Part shown: positions 54,337 to 54,530 of the stretch, piece by piece
Layout of the letters: every line of letters begins with the position of its first letter
Position numbering within the stretch: position 1 is the stretch's first letter
Virus record (IMG/VR): IMGVR_UViG_3300012943_000039
Span: 1 to 54,530 of that record
Strand: one strand, 5' to 3'
DNA from: a virus
Taxonomy: Duplodnaviria > Caudoviricetes
Length of the DNA stretch: 54,530 nt
The notes under the pieces: model-generated
Databases searched by the model: none
Seen by the model: the letters and a program-made list of their open reading frames with translations, nothing else
What the model was told of the DNA's origin: nothing
Position numbers and translations under genes: made by a program

Positions 54337-54530
54337 TTAGTTCTTGGCGATCAGTTCGAACTGATGAAGTGTCACGCTGCCGGTTGCGACAGTCTGCGTG
54401 AAGAACAAGTCGACTTGCTGTGTCGCCGTCGAATCGAAGTTGTTGCCGACAGCTGGCGCGCTGTTCCACGGGAGCAACGCAGCAAGAACGCCCTTCGGGG
54501 CGGACGCCGGAACGCCGAGGATGTCCTCAC
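54337..54530 (-). CDS. C-terminal part of the junction-spanning gene that starts at 484
   Basis: ...QQVDLFFTQTVATGSVTLHQFELIAKN; stop TAA at 54339-54337 abuts the ATG of the IPT/TIG gene. Confidence 0.8.
   Translation of the reverse strand, partial: EDILGVPASAPKGVLAALLPWNSAPAVGNNFDSTATQQVDLFFTQTVATGSVTLHQFELIAKN
54408..54530. repeat. Terminal direct repeat (copy 2)
   Basis: Identical to bases 1-123. Confidence 0.95.

Overview
An apparently complete, circularly assembled genome (54,407 bp plus a 123-bp end overlap) of a high-GC tailed dsDNA phage with siphovirus-type morphogenesis genes. No integrase, tRNA or CRISPR array was found, so it is probably lytic. The minus strand (21.3 kb to 1, wrapping to 54.4 kb and on to 47.7 kb) carries a primase/VirE helicase, an iteron-like origin, terminases, portal, scaffold, a P22-like coat, head-tail proteins, tail (with a -1 frameshift chaperone), tape measure, tail fibres and lysis genes. 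The plus strand (21.7-47.7 kb) carries early, replication and nucleotide genes: MazG-like, ThyX, nucleoside deoxyribosyltransferase, beta clamp, SNF2 and UvrD helicases, SMC-like ATPase and a putative SSB. The most striking feature is a candidate DNA-modification module: a 1134-aa family A DNA polymerase fused to an N-terminal SAM-dependent amino-methyltransferase domain, preceded by a PLP-dependent enzyme and a GIY-YIG/degenerate Dam fusion, and followed by a beta clamp and an MT-A70 methylase. Other notable items are three adjacent small proteins sharing a C-terminal peptide (possible donor-strand fibre) next to a PAP2 phosphatase, and several structured RNA leaders. All calls come from motif recognition by eye; no database searches were run.
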